Shown: positions 27,993 through 42,231 of the stretch, in pieces | How positions within the stretch are numbered: the stretch's first letter is position 1 | Layout: every line of letters starts with the position of its first letter | NCBI GenBank assembly: GCA_964016885.1 | Contig: OZ024765.1 | Span: 9,610,001 to 9,674,000, forward strand | DNA length: 64,000 bases | DNA from: Eledone cirrhosa | Lineage: Eukaryota | Reading direction: 5' to 3' | Translations under genes and position numbers: made by a program | Notes under the pieces: generated by a model | The model's database searches: none | What the model was told of the DNA's origin: nothing | Seen by the model: only the letters and a program-made list of their open reading frames with translations

Positions 27993-28100
27993 GAGATTCT
28001 ACAGGACTAGAACTGTTTCATTCTTTAGAAATCATCAGGAATCTCCAGGGATTCCTGATGATTTCTAAAGAATGAAACAGTTCTAGTCCTGTAGAATCTC
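27993..28100. ncRNA. Head-to-head pair of type-I hammerhead motifs forming a near-perfect palindrome in TMCO1 intron 1
   Basis: Plus 28048-28100: GGGATTC CTGATGA TTTC-TAAA-GAAT GAAA CAG-ttctagtc-CTG TA^ GAATCTC. The minus copy (27993-28045) has a perfect 7-bp stem I. Confidence 0.78.
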
Positions 28101-28174
28101 ATCTATATTAAAACTTTTATACTCTGCAATGTATTGAGTACCTTACTGTGGTTACCTCCGATTCAACCCGGAAT

Positions 28175-29265
28175 AATATATCTACCTATCTATATATATA
28201 TCTACCTATCTATATATCTATATATATCTACATATCTATATATATCTACATATCTATATATATCTACCTATCTATATATATATCTACCTATCTATATATA
28301 TATCTACCCATCTATATATCTATATATATATCTACATATCTATATATATCTACCTATCTATATATCTACCTATCTATATATCTACCTATCTATATATATC
28401 TACCTATCTATATATATATATATCTACATATCTATATATATCTACCTATCTATATATATATCTACATATCTATATATATCTACCCATCCTTATATATCTA
28501 CCCATCTATATATCTACCTATCTATATATATATCTACATATCTATATATATCTACCTATCTATATATATATCTACATATCTATATATATCTACTCATCTA
28601 TATATATCTACCCATCTATATATATCTACCCATCTACATATCTATATATATATATCTACCTATCTATATATATCTACCCATCTATATATCTACCTATCTA
28701 TATATATCTACCCATCTACATATCTATATATATATCTACATATCTATATATATATATCTATCTACCTATCTATATATATCTACATATCTATATCTATCTA
28801 CCTATCTATATATCTATATATATCTACCTATCTATATATATCTACATATCTATATATATCTACCTATCTATATATATCTACATATCTATTTATATCTACC
28901 TATCTATATATCTATATATATATACCTATTTATATATATCTACATATCTATATATATCTACCCATCTACATATCTATATATATCTACCTATCTATATATC
29001 TATATATATCTACATATCTATATATATCTACCTATCTATATATATCTACCTATCTACATATCTATATATATCTACCTATCTACATATCTATATATATCTA
29101 CATATCTATATATATCTACCTATCTACCTATATATATCTACCTATCTACATATCTATATATATCTACCTATCTACCAATCTATATATATCTACCTATCTA
29201 TATATATCTACCTATCTATATATCTACATATCTACATATCTATATCTATCTACCTATCTACCCAT
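28175..29265. repeat. Compound (TA)/(TCTA)/(CCTA) satellite
   Basis: Direct reading. Confidence 0.95.
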
Positions 29266-30372
29266 CCATTTGACCATAAGAGAACCCTAACTTTATGGTA
29301 TATATATATATAAACAATGGAGATATATTATCAGTGGTACCCCTTCCACCAGTCTTAGAAACCCTCAAGAATGTTATGTACACTGCTCTACCCTTCCTTG
29401 CTAAACCTTTGATTTTCATTAGCTTTCTTGCAAGCAGGTGCTGTGGGCCTCACCTGTTCTCTAGTCCCGTGTGTGTGACATCACACCTATGCAGGTTCAG
29501 CTGGCCTCCTCCAAGGTATATCTCGTTGGAGGTGTCTTGGGTAATTTTAATGATGGGGACCCCAGTCCCTATCATCTCATTTCTACAGCTGAGTAAACTG
29601 GAGCAATGTGAAATAAAGTGTCTTGCTCAAGGAAACAACACATCACCCGGTCTGAGAATTGAACTCACAACCTTTCGATTGCATGGCCAATGCTCTAACC
29701 ACTGATAAATACACACCGTACACTCTGTAAAATGGTTGGTGATAGGGAGAGCATTCAGCTGTAGAAAACCTGCCAAACAAAGGGCTGGGATTGAGAGGAC
29801 TCTTCATCTGTGTTAAGGACATGACAATTTCCCTAGTGCTTATGCCATGATAAAAGATGAAATGCATTCTGTAGAGCAAGGGATCCTATGTCAGGCTCCC
29901 AGCTCACCTGGAAGTCAGAGTACTCTTGAGTGCTGAGCAGTCTGTAATATGTCTAATTCTTGCTAGCAGAGAAAACTAATGTTAAACAATGATAATGATG
30001 AGGTTTCTCTAGCCCAGAGCCTCTAATATATTTAAACCGGCCATATCCAGCCAGAATTTTCTTACCTCTTTAAGTCCAAACCAGCCATAACTGGCTGCTT
30101 ATACTGATGTTAAGGTTTTGTTCTCGAAATAAATAACATCAAAATCTCATAGAATCGATATTATGTGAGATAATTAGGTAAGATAAAGCCTTTCCCACAA
30201 AAATACAACAGTATATATAGAGTAATTTAAATGCTAAAGGATTAATCCAGCTTTCATTAATCCTGTTTATTTAAAGATGTCTGGCTGCTATTTCTACCAG
30301 CTTGATTAACTACATGGAACCCTCTCCCTTTCCCACATGGATTTATGTTTCTTTCTCTATCTGTTATTGCAG

Positions 30373-30450
30373 GTTTAACATGGCTAATGGTTTACAGAAC
30401 AGATAAATACAAAAAACTGAAATCTGAGGTAGAAAAACAGAGTAAAAAAT
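30373..30450 (+). CDS. TMCO1: TMCO1 exon 2 (GLTWLMVYRTDKYKKLKSEVEKQSKK)
   Basis: ttgcag acceptor, GTAAGT donor, 78 nt, phase-compatible. Confidence 0.96.
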
Positions 30451-30499
30451 GTAAGTAAAATTCTTCAGATATTACAGTGTGGTTTCTAGTTCAGTCCCA

Positions 30500-31188
30500 C
30501 TGTGTGGTACCTTAAACATATATGTCTACTGTAACCCCAGCTTGACAGATATTACAGTGTGGTACCTTACATATATGTCTACTGTAACCCCAGCTTGACA
30601 GATATTACAGTGTGGTACCTTACATATGTATATCTACTGTAACCCCAGCTTGACAGATATTACAGTGTGGTACCTTACAAGTGTATGTCTACTGTAACCC
30701 CAGCTTGACAGATATTACAGTGTGGTACCTTACATATGTATATCTACTGTAACCCCAGCTTGACAGATATTACAGTGTGGTACCTTACAAGTGTATATCT
30801 ACTGTAACCCCAGCTTGACAGATATTACAGTGTGGTACCTTACATATGTATATCTACTGTAACCTCAGCTTGACAGATATTACAGTGTGGTACCTTACAT
30901 ATGTATATCTACTGTAACCTCAGCTTGACAGATATTACAGTGTGGTACCTTACATATGTATATCTACTGTAACCTCAGCTTGACAGATATTACAGTGTGG
31001 TACCTTACTTATGTATGTCTACTGTAACCCCAGCTTGACAGATATTACAGTGTGGTACCTTACATATGTATGTCTACTGTAACCTCAGCTTGACAGATAT
31101 TACAGTGTGGTACCTTACAAGTGTATATCTACTGTAACCCCAGCTTGACAGATATTACAGGGTGGTACCTTACTTATGTATGTCTACT
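30500..31188. repeat. 55-bp tandem repeat, about 12 units, just after TMCO1 exon 2
   Basis: Unit GATATTACAGTGTGGTACCTTACATATGTATATCTACTGTAACCCCAGCTTGACA. Confidence 0.95.
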
Positions 31189-31959
31189 TTATATAATATA
31201 ATGGTTTTGTAGTGACCATACATTCTCTATGCGTGATTTGGCTCAGTTCAGCCAATCAGCGCCAGTAGAAGAGGATGTATCCCTACGCGCCCTGAGGAAG
31301 AAATTCCCCACGAAGATTTGAAGAATCTCTTTCTTGTACCAGAAACTTCGAGCCAGCAATGCACATAATGTAACGGTGCGATATTGCACCCTAGCCTCGC
31401 CGGCTTAACGGCGCTATGGCAAATTCCCTTTTGTAACCTCTTCTTATCTGTAACTTCAACCATATAAGTTAACAAACATTGTTTGTGCTACATCAAAAAT
31501 AAACATACATTTCATCTCTAATTTCTGCTGTTGAAATCATTATTATGTTACTCGTGTCTCAATAACATCTATAATCCATGCTGCTGGAATTGGCGACCTG
31601 ACGAAAGGAATGTTGTAAATACAAAGATGGTAAATAGATCGAGGGACCTTCCCTCACGTCTATCTCGACAAGATAATCCAACGAGGATACTATCACCTAC
31701 CACACTGGCAACTAACGACCCTTCATTCTACATCCTGTTAAAGTTTCTTATATAGGCACAAGGCCAACAATTTTGGGGGAGGGGAAAGTCTATTAAATCG
31801 ACTCCAGTGCGTGACTGGTACTTTATTTTATCAACTCCATAAGGATGAAAGGCAAAGTTAACCTCGGCGGGATTTGAACTCTGATCATAAAGGGGCGTAA
31901 CTCTATGCTGCAAAGCAGGGTGTCCGATGCCCTACCGATACTGCCAATCCACCAATGAA

Positions 31960-32215
31960 AATTATTGTGTACAGTTCTCAGGTGCACTACAACTTATCAA
32001 AGGTGCATGTATAGTACATAGAATAATGTACAAATGTCAGGAAAGTGAACAGTGTATGAGTCATGATATACATGTGAGCCTGTGTATGGAGGGGGGGATA
32101 TCCGGTGTAGTGTTGGTGAATCTCAGGAAGCATGGAGGTTTTAAAGGATGCAGTGTCTCGGCAGATAACAACTGATGCTGGTAGTTTGTTCCATGCTTCT
32201 TCAACTCTGAGCGTG
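31960..32215 (-). mobile_element. CR1-like LINE 3' end
   Basis: FTLRVEEAWNKLPASVV...TASFK motif. Confidence 0.65.
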
Positions 32216-32419
32216 AATTGGCAAATATCAGCCAACACCTCTCCCCTTCATTTTACCATCAATTTTTTTTTTTGGCGGGGGGGGGGGGGTTTACATATTC
32301 CTCGGCTTATATTCAAGTATATACAGGAGCTAATTTAATCATTATTAAGTTGAGGTTTGGAACATAACTTAAGAAAAGTTGTCACATAAAATTATGATGG
32401 AAGGTTTTTTTAGCACTTG

Positions 32420-32880
32420 GTCATCAAAAGAGGGAGATAGGTGTAAAAACCAAACTCACTATCTTCAATTCAGTATTTGTGCCTACTGATAGCTATGGCC
32501 GTGAAGTTTGGTTAATGGCTGAAAGAATTTGATAGCAAATACAAGCAACCGAAATGGGGTTCCTCTGAAGGGTCTTTGCAATTGTTACTCAGTAGGGTGT
32601 GTAACTCAGAGAGTCACTATTTCTCCTTATCAAGCGATCACAGCTCTGATACGGACGTGGTTAGAATGGCTAAGGAAAGAATTGCTGGACAGATTTTACA
32701 GGCAAAAAACCAACCCAAGGGTAGATCCCGAGCGAGATGATTGGATAACATCCATGAACTTGGTTAGTCTCACCTGGGGGGATCCAGCCGGGTTAATTTG
32801 AGACAGCTGCTTCTGATAGGACCCTCTAGAAGGTGTGTCTGATGAATGTCCCCACAACTTACCCAGAAATAAATGGGTGA
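32420..32880 (+). mobile_element. Degenerate RTE/Expander-like LINE fragment
   Basis: LTIFNSVFVPT.SYGREVW..., QATEMGFL, with stop codons. Confidence 0.6.
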
Positions 32881-33227
32881 AGAAAAAGGAAGTTTTTAGA
32901 TAAATATATTTTAGCAACAACAAAAAAAGTTTTAAAAATCAATGAGATTGTCCATATATTTTTCGAAAATCCGGTGCACCCATTATTTATAATATAAACA
33001 GCGGTAATTCGGTGAAATAAGTCTTGGAAGTGATGAAAAAATCGCTCGAAGAGCAAAATTTATTTAAATCGGATTAATTTAACAGTCCAAGGGAAGTAAA
33101 TCTTGTAACGTATCTAGATTTTGATCCTCCCTCTATTGCTATTTTACTCTCTCTATTTCTCCTTTAAACCCTCTATCTATCTCTTTCCTCTCTCTCCCTC
33201 TGTCTCTATAATTGGAAGAAATATATC

Positions 33228-33770
33228 GAGAGAGTAGGTTACATATATTGAGAGGGGGGTAAGAGAGTAAGTTACGTCTATAATGAGAGGGGGAAGAGAG
33301 TAAGTTACGTATATTGGGAGAGGAGGAAGAGAGTAAGTTACGTATAGTGAGAGAGGGGGAAGAGTAAATTACGTATATAGTGAGAGAGGGGGAAGAGAGT
33401 AAGTTACGTATATTGGGAGAGGGGGAAGAGGGTAAGTTACGTATATTGGGAGAGGGGGAAGAGTAAATTACGTATATAGTGAGAGAGGGGGAAGAGAGTA
33501 AGTTACATATATAATGAGAGGAGTAAGAGAGTAAGTTACGTATATAATGAGAGAGGGGTAAGAGAGTAAGTTACGTATATAGTGAGAGGGGGAAGAGAGT
33601 AAGTTACGTATATAATGAGAGGGGTAAGAGAGCAAGTTACGTATATAATGAGAGAGGGGTAAGAGAGTAAGTTACGTATATAGTGAGAGAGGGGGAAGAG
33701 AGTAAGTTACGTATACTGGGAAAGGAGGAAGAGAGTAAGTTACGTATAGTGAGAGAGGGGGAAGAGAGTT
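33228..33770. repeat. Purine-rich 31-36-bp minisatellite
   Basis: GAGAGTAAGTTACGTATATAGTGAGAGAGGGGGAA-type units. Confidence 0.9.
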
Positions 33771-34419
33771 AATATTAAATGTTTTAATACCTCCCTTACT
33801 CTCTCTTCTTCCCCCTCTCTGTATCTTATCTCTTTACTCTCTTTCCCCCTCCTATGTCTGTTTAATTCGTTCTCCCTTACTCTCTCTCTCTGTCTATCAT
33901 TTACTCTCTTTCCTCTCCCTCCCTGTATCTCATCTTTTTACTCTCTTCTCCCCTCCGTCCTTGCCTGTTTAATTCTATCTCCCTTACTCTCTCTATATCT
34001 ATCTATCTTATTGCTATAAACTGAAATCGTAGGTAAATAAATTAATGGCTAATTATTATATAACTAATCAAATAAATAAATATACGTATCGAAATTACGT
34101 TGTTTGGGGGTTGACCGATAAGGAAAATGTGTTGCATTATTTTACTTGCCCAACTTTGCTATATATAGAGAGAGAGAGAGGAGAGAAAGTTTTATTTTAT
34201 TCCACACGGTTAAAAATATAAAGATAAGTTGAAAATACACTTGGAGCTTTTAAGGTTTATTTTCAACGACATATTTGACCGGTTTCACGATTGTTGACGA
34301 TGTATTTAATTAATTATATATATAACAACGTCTGCATTCGGTCGGCAAAAAATTATTCAAACCCTATAAAAGGAAAGGAGATATATTGTGAAAAATAATA
34401 TCTATGTAATATTTTCATA

Positions 34420-37400
34420 AATGTTTATTTTATTCGTGAAAAATAAAAAATAAATGGTGAAAATACGAGGTGACTATATATACATGTCTCTATCTCTCCC
34501 CCTCTCTATATATACATGTCTCTATCTCTCCCCCTCTCTATATACACATGTCTCTGTCTCTCCCCCTCTCTATATATACATGTCTCTATCTCTCCCCCTC
34601 TCTATATATACATGTCTCTGTCTCTCCCCCTCTCTCTATATACATGTCTCTATCTCTCCCCCTCTCTATATACACATGTCTCTGTCTCTCCCCCTCTCTC
34701 TATATACATGTCTCTGTCTCTCCCCCTCTCTCTATATACATGTCTCTGTCTCTCCCCCTCTCTCTATATACATGTCTCTATCTCTCCCCCTCTCTATATA
34801 TACATGTATCTGTCTCAGTCTGTCTGTACTAAGCCACTCTCTGTTGTGTCTCAGAGATTCCTGACAAAGTTTTGGTCAGCCAAAGGTTCCACGTGGTTAC
34901 TATGACAACGTCCTTCCTAACCTTACTGCCATGTCTCTCCCTACAATACTGAGAGGAATAGATATTATGGCTGTTTATATATATATAAATATACATATTA
35001 AATTACATATATATATATATTATATATTATATATGCATTATAAAAATATATATTACATGTATTATATATTCATAATAATATATGTATTATATATATATAT
35101 ATATATATATATAATTATAAAGTATATGTGTTATATATATTATACTATATATATAGTACCAGTAATGCACTGGGTAATTGCTGGCCTTGTGCCTAAAGTA
35201 GAAACAATTATACTATATATATATTTATTGAAACAAATGATAAATGTTTATTCCATTCGTGAAAAATAAGGAAAAATAAGTAAAAAATGGTGAAAATACG
35301 AGGTGACTTGTTAGAAAGTCTGTCAGCAGACGACATTTATTTGGGGGACGCTTGTTTTACCTTACCTCCCACTCCTCTAGATATCTTTACTCCTCCTTCT
35401 ACTCACTTGTTAGTCTTCTCTCTCTATATATCCCCTTTACTTTCTGTCCTTCTCCTTCTCTCTATATATATATAGGTGTGTGTATTTATAACCCTATATG
35501 TATGTGTGTGTCTTTGTATATATATGTCTCAGTGTGTTTACACTACGGAATATGTGTCTCTCGCTCCTCTCTCTCTCTCAATACATGTATGTTTGTCTCT
35601 ATCTCAATGTCTCTCTCCCCCTCTCTATATATACATGTCTCTATCTCTCACCCTCTCTATATATACATGTCTCTGTCTCTCCCCCTCTCTATATATATAC
35701 ATCTCTCCCCCTCTCTCTATATACATGTCTCTATCTCTCCCCCTCTCTATATATACATGTATCTGTCTCAGTCTGTCTGTACTAAGCCACTCTCTGTTGT
35801 GTCTCAGAGATTCCTGACAAAGTTTTGGTCAGCCAAAGGTTCCACGTGGTTACTATGACAACGTCCTTCCTAACCTTACTGCCATGTCTCTCCCTACAAT
35901 ACGGAGAGGAATGGATATTATGGCTGTTTATATATATATAAATATACATATTAAATTACATATAAATAAATATATATATAATATATTATATATGCATTAT
36001 AAAAATATATATTACATGTATTATATATACATAATAGATATATGTATTATGTATATATATAATTATAAAGTATATGTCTTATATATATTATACTATATAT
36101 ATATTTATTGAAACAAATGATAAATGTTTATTCCACTCGTGAAAATAAGGAAAAATAAGTAAAAAATGGTGAAAATACGAGGTGACTTGTTAGAAAGTCT
36201 GTCAGCAGACGACATTTATTTGGGGGTGCGCGAGCGCGTGCTGTGCCTCTTGGACGCTTGTTTTCTACCTCACCTCCCACTCCTCTAGATATCTTTACTC
36301 CTCCTTCTACTCACTTGTTAGTCTTCTCTCTATATATATATCCTTTACATTCTGTCCTTCTCTCTCTCTCTATATGTGTGTGTGTATTCATATCCCTATA
36401 TGTATGTGTGTGTCTTTGTATATATATGTCTCAGTGTGTTTACACTACGGAATATGTGTGTCTCTCGCTCCTCTCTCTCCCTCAATACATGTATGTTTGT
36501 CTCTATCTCAATGTCTCTCTCCCCCTCTCTATACATGTATCTGCCTGTCTCTGTGTCTCCCCCTCTCTCTATATGCATGTATCTGTCTCTCCCCCTCTCT
36601 ATATATACATGTCTCTGTCTCTCCCCCTCTCTATATATACATGTCTCTATCTCTCCCCCTCTCTATATATACATGTCTCTATCTCTCTCCCTCTCTATAT
36701 ATACATGTATCTGTCTTAGTCTGTCTGTACTAAGCCACTCTCTGTTGTGTCTCAGAGATTCCTGACAAAGTTTTGGTCAGCCAAAGGTTCCACGTGGTTA
36801 CTATGACAACGTCCTTCCTAACCTTACTGCCATGTCTCTCCCTACAATACTGAGAGGAATGGATATTATGGCTGTTTATATATATATAAATATACATATT
36901 AAATTATATATAAATATACATATTAAATTACATATAAATAAATATATATATATATTATATATTATATATGCATTATAAAAATATATATTACATGTATTAT
37001 ATATACATAATAGATATATGTATTATGTATATATATATATATATATATAATTATAAAGTATATGTCTTATATATATTATACTATATATATATTTATTGAA
37101 ACAAATCATAAATGTTTATTCCACTCGTGAAAAATAAGGAAAAATAAGTAAAAAATGGTGAAAATACGAGGTGACTTGTTAGAAAGTCTGTCAGCAGACG
37201 ACATTTATTTGGGGGTGCGCAAGCGCGTGCTTTGCCTCTGGAACGCTTGAGTTTTCTACCTCACCTATCTATGAAGAAGTACATATATGTTATGCAGTTC
37301 AGACTAAAAATAAACTATGTTGAAATTAAAATTTATTTGTAAATAATTATTTTTAATAATTAAGATAGAAATAAATATATTAAAAGTCACTCAATTTTTT

Positions 37401-38320
37401 TTTTCTTCTTTTTTGACGATTAAAAATAATTAAAACAAGTCCAAGGGACATAAATCTTGATATTGCACGCATTCTATTCCTCCCCCTTCAATCAATATTT
37501 CTACTCCTCCTGCTACCCCAACGTTAAGTCTTTCTCTCACATTATACCTGTGTATTATACGTCCCTTTACGATCTGAGTTCAAATCCCGCCGAGGTTGAC
37601 TTTGCCTTTCATCCTTACTTTGTCGATAAAATAAAGTACCAGTAATGTACTGGGTAATTGCTGGCCTTGTGCCAATAGTAGAAACAATTATATAAATACA
37701 TCAAAAATACGCCTGTGTTTCACTAAAGCTATTGAAACACTAAACATATAACAAAAAATACAATGGCTTGAGAGAGAATAAATCTATATCTTCATATATA
37801 TGTTTATTCCAATATATATATATTTATTTTCTTCGATATTTATACATTTTCTTTTCTTGTGTTTATTCTGCGAAATATTTGTCTCTCCCCCTCTCTCCTA
37901 TATATATGTCTCTGTCTCTCCCCCTCTCTATATATACATGTCTCTGTCTCTCCCCCTCCCTATATATACATGTCTCTGTCTCTCCCCCTCCCTATATATA
38001 CATGTCTCTGTCTCTCCCCCTCTCTATATATACATGTATCTGTCTCTCCCCCTCTCTATATATACATATCTCTGTCTCTCCCCCTCTCTCTATATACATG
38101 TCTCTATCTCTCCCCCTCTCTATTTAATTGTCTCTGTCTTAGTCTGTCTGTGCTAAGCCACTCTCTGTTGTGTCTCAGAGATTCCTGACAAAGTTTTGGT
38201 CAGCCAAAGGTTCCACGTGGTTACTATGACAACGTCCTTCCTAACCTTACTGCCATGTCTCTCCCTACAATACTGAGAGGAATGGATATTATGGCTGTTT
38301 ATATATATATAAATATATAT
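34420..38320. repeat. Tandem duplication of a roughly 0.95-kb unit (3 adjacent copies plus a 4th partial), each with an internal ~32-bp CT-rich minisatellite
   Basis: Shared block CTAAGCCACTCTCTG...CCCTACAATAC at about 34830, 35782, 36730, 38153. Confidence 0.92.
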
Positions 38321-38879
38321 AAGCAGAAGGGATATTTAATTTGTTGGAAATTCAACAAATATAATAGAATAAATATGGTTTATAAATATAGTTTCCATTT
38401 ATTTACTATCATTGTATATATATATATATAGTAATAATAATAAATGTGAAGACTAAAATCCAAAGAGGGCTCGATAAGGATAAATATATATCAAATATAT
38501 AAGAACCGTAGAGCAAATATTTATTAAAATAACAGATTATTATTATTACTATATATATGTATGTATACACAGTGTAACCCCCCCCCCCCCTTCCTCGGTA
38601 TTCGTGGTTCTGGTTATTCGCGGAATTTTCCTTAGAACCTAACTAATAAATGTTCATGAAAACCACCACATATTCGCGGAATCGTAAATATCTTCCGCGG
38701 TTTTTTTTATGGGGGTATTTTTTTTTTTTGTGGCAATATATATTTTTCACGCTTTTTAACGTCAAATTGTTAATAACAATATACCGTATTTGCCGGCTTA
38801 TTGAACGCCCCCTTTTTTATATATTTTTTGACATTTATAAGCATTTTTATGGACCACGTCCAATTATCGCGGTTTTTCA

Positions 38880-38911
<32 letters not shown>

Positions 38912-39399
38912 TTAGGTTTGTTGGTTCACCACTGGATAGAACTGGCCATTCCGTATAGCCAACCTTGGTGTAATATTAGGGAGAGCACTCGACGAATTCG
39001 TCTTCGTTTGTGTTGTTGGTGGTACGAGTACGGACTTAATTATTATAAAATAACAAGAGGTTGGACTGGTGTAATTCCTTAAAGGTTTATTATACTATGA
39101 ACATTTCAATGACCGGGTTCAGTATGAATCCGGTGACATCATCAGGTATTCGAAATTTAACAAAGGAATATAATAGACACAATCCATGGGGCTGAAAAGG
39201 CCGAGAGACATTTAGCAGTTTCCAGTCCGGTTGGCCGCCCTCAACATATATATATATATGGCTTTAATGATTCATTTATATTTTGTACATTGCATTATAT
39301 ACTGTCCAACCAGGGATGTAGAATTTCTCCCTTCCATACTCTCTCCGCTAGTTTTTATATTTTTTCTCTTTTCTCATTTTTATAAATATGTGTTCTTAT

Positions 39400-39580
39400 A
39401 AGAATAGATCCCCCATTTAAGGACAGTTTTTAAAAAATTAACAGTACAAGGGAAATAAGTCTGTATAAGAAGACGTACAGGATTTACTTCCCTTTGGGCC
39501 GATAATTGAATCGTTTGTATTTGTTTTTAAGTTACGATACAACACACCGAGCCTTTAGCTGGTTGCTCTACCAGCTAAAA
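39400..39580 (+). mobile_element. Possible Helentron/HINE-like 3' end
   Basis: AAGGGAAATAAGTC...GATTTACTTCCCTT subterminal inverted repeat and terminal hairpin TTTAGCTGGT-TGCTCT-ACCAGCTAAA; related motifs near 33090 and 37440. Confidence 0.4.
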
Positions 39581-40069
39581 TATGTCTCACGAAATAAATA
39601 AATGAATAAAACTTGACCAAGAAACACCAACCTATTTGCCGTTATCACATTCATAACCTTATAATTAGACATTGTTCGTGAAAAACAATGTAGAAAGGGT
39701 AGAAGTAAATCTTAAACTTCGCAGACGATAAACACATGTTTGTGTTTATACGTACATATACACCTCTATTATGAATTTCAACAATAATTATGTTTATTAT
39801 ACATAAATATATTGTATATGCCATTATGTACATCTTATTTATGAATCACGCTATATTAATGCTAATTAATATATGAAATATATATGAATTCACTACGCCT
39901 GTATTTGGTTAAAACTATTCAAACATTTAACATATAAAAGAAATCATTGCTTTGAGTGAAAAGAGGGAAAATATTAAGGAAACGAATTTATATCTTCATA
40001 CATATTTATTCCATTATATATTTTCTTTTTTCCTTTTTTTTTTAATATATATATATAAATTTAAAAAAA

Positions 40070-40320
40070 ATGTGTCCCTTAATCGGGTCCGCAAAACACA
40101 TGCCAGGACAGTCCATCATCTCCATCGATGGGAAATGAAAGACAGCCCAGCATGTGACTGTGTGGACCCTGGCTAGACAGTACTGCATTTTGTACGGGAT
40201 TGCTACCTCAGTTGTTTTCCTCGGGGAAATCTAATGCTACAAAAGACGCCTTAGTCTGGCTCATTAATCTCGATCTGCCTCTCTCTAACTATTGTACACA
40301 TGTCGTACGACAAGAAGAGT
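40070..40320 (+). mobile_element. Ingi/Vingi-like LINE 3' end with CCHC knuckle
   Basis: LNRVRKTHAR..HLHRWEMKDSPACDC..*TVLHFVRDC, tail CGTACGACAAGAAG. Confidence 0.6.
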
Positions 40321-41732
40321 AAATAAAAGCTGTAGTTATGTATAAAAACGAAGACAAAAAATAAATCATAAATGTATGTCTATTTTAATAAATATTCTCC
40401 ATCCTGTCGTCAGGGAGCAACATGGCGGGTGACATATTAGGGAGGGGGTAAGGTGGCAGGAGTCTTCAGACGAAAGGGTTAATAATTGTTTCTACGTTTG
40501 GCATAAGGCCAGCAATTACCCAGTGCATTACTGGTACTTTAGTTTATCGACCCCGTAAGGATGAAAGGCAAAGTTAACCTCGGCGGGATTTGAACTCAGA
40601 ATGGCAAGGACCGTAACTCTATACGTCAAAGCATGGCGCCCGACCCTCTACCGAAATAATGATGACACACACTCACACACAACAACATATCAGTTATAAT
40701 AGGCACTCAAAACAACCAGGAAGCATGTAATCAAAATTTTCAATGAATGTTTATTCCATTCTTCAATTGTCACTGTCCACCCCTCTCAGCAACGCCTTCG
40801 CTATTTTGTCTGCGAGGCGCAGCTAAAACATTGCCTCTCGGATTATGGTGGACACTGTCGCTTCTTCCCCCAGTTTCCTGTCTTTCGCTGTTTAATTTCT
40901 ATACCTTATTTTTCTTTCTATAATTATTGTATAACATTTTTTTTTTTTTAAATACACACACGCACAAACGAAGATCACGATGAAATATCTTACAAAATTC
41001 TGAGCAGACGACATTAAATCGTGTATATGTCTATGTGTGTGATTGCGTGTGGGTGTGTCTTTGTATGTGTGTAAGTGATCATATACATAATTGAGTGTGT
41101 CCTTATAAGTAATCGTGTGTGTGAATGTCTAGATAGGTGATTACGTGTGTGTGAGTGTCCATATACTTAATTGTGTGTGTGTTTTTATACGCAATTGTGT
41201 GCGTAAGTGTCTATATACGTGATTGTGTGTGTGAGTGTCCATATATGTAACTGTGTGTGTGAATAATAAATAAATATGTCTTGGCATGAATGTTTCAAGC
41301 TGTGATTATGTCACAGCTATCTCATAGATTCGATATTATGTGAGGTAAAGCCTTTACCATTAAAATATAATAGTATATATAAAATAATGTGAGCGCTAAA
41401 GGGGTCGTATTGCTGACATGACAAAAGGCACCTAGTCCACCCTGTAGATGTGCTTGGTATTAGGAAGTGCATCCAGCCATAAAAACCAAGCCAGAAACAG
41501 TTCTATGTGAGCAAAATACAACCATCTGATCTGGTCTCACAATCAGACAACTCGTCTAACCCATGCTAGCCTGGAAAAATGGATGTTAAACGATGATGAT
41601 GATGATATATATGAATTATGTTCTCTGTGTCTTGTTCTTCTCCCTTTTCAATAGCCCCTTGCAATTTAGTGGCTTTATTGCCTTGCTTGTTTTGAGTAAA
41701 TTAAAAAATGAAATGTGTTTTGTGTTTTCCAG

Positions 41733-41792
41733 TGGAAAAACAAAGAGAAGCTGGATTAGATGCAGCTGACAGGAACCAGAAGAAAAAATTAG
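41733..41792 (+). CDS. TMCO1: TMCO1 exon 3 (LEKQREAGLDAADRNQKKKL)
   Basis: ttttccag acceptor, GTAAAT donor, 60 nt. Confidence 0.93.
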
Positions 41793-42189
41793 GTAAATAT
41801 GGGCTAAACTGTATCATTTTCTTTCTTTATGTGTGTCTGTCTATCTATCATTCTCCCTCTCTCTCTCTATCCAATCCAATCCCTTCTCACTCCTATTGGA
41901 GGGACCTCCACTGCTTTCTGTTTGGTTTTGGTCATGTCAGGGGTGTAACCATACTTACCACACTTAGCCAATTGTGGGTTGGTGAGGCTATTTAACTCAT
42001 AGTGGAGGTGAATAGCTGTTGACTCTGTGGAGTTCATCCGCCCTTTTTAACAGCTCTTGTTTTTTATGCTGCTAAAGTTCTACCTACCTTCCTCACCAGA
42101 TCAGGGTCTGGTACAGGAGCTGGTTTGGTTGCCGACCATTCAACCATGAAGCAGGTTGTACATGGTATCTGCAGCAAGCCTGACCTGGC

Positions 42190-42231
<42 letters not shown>

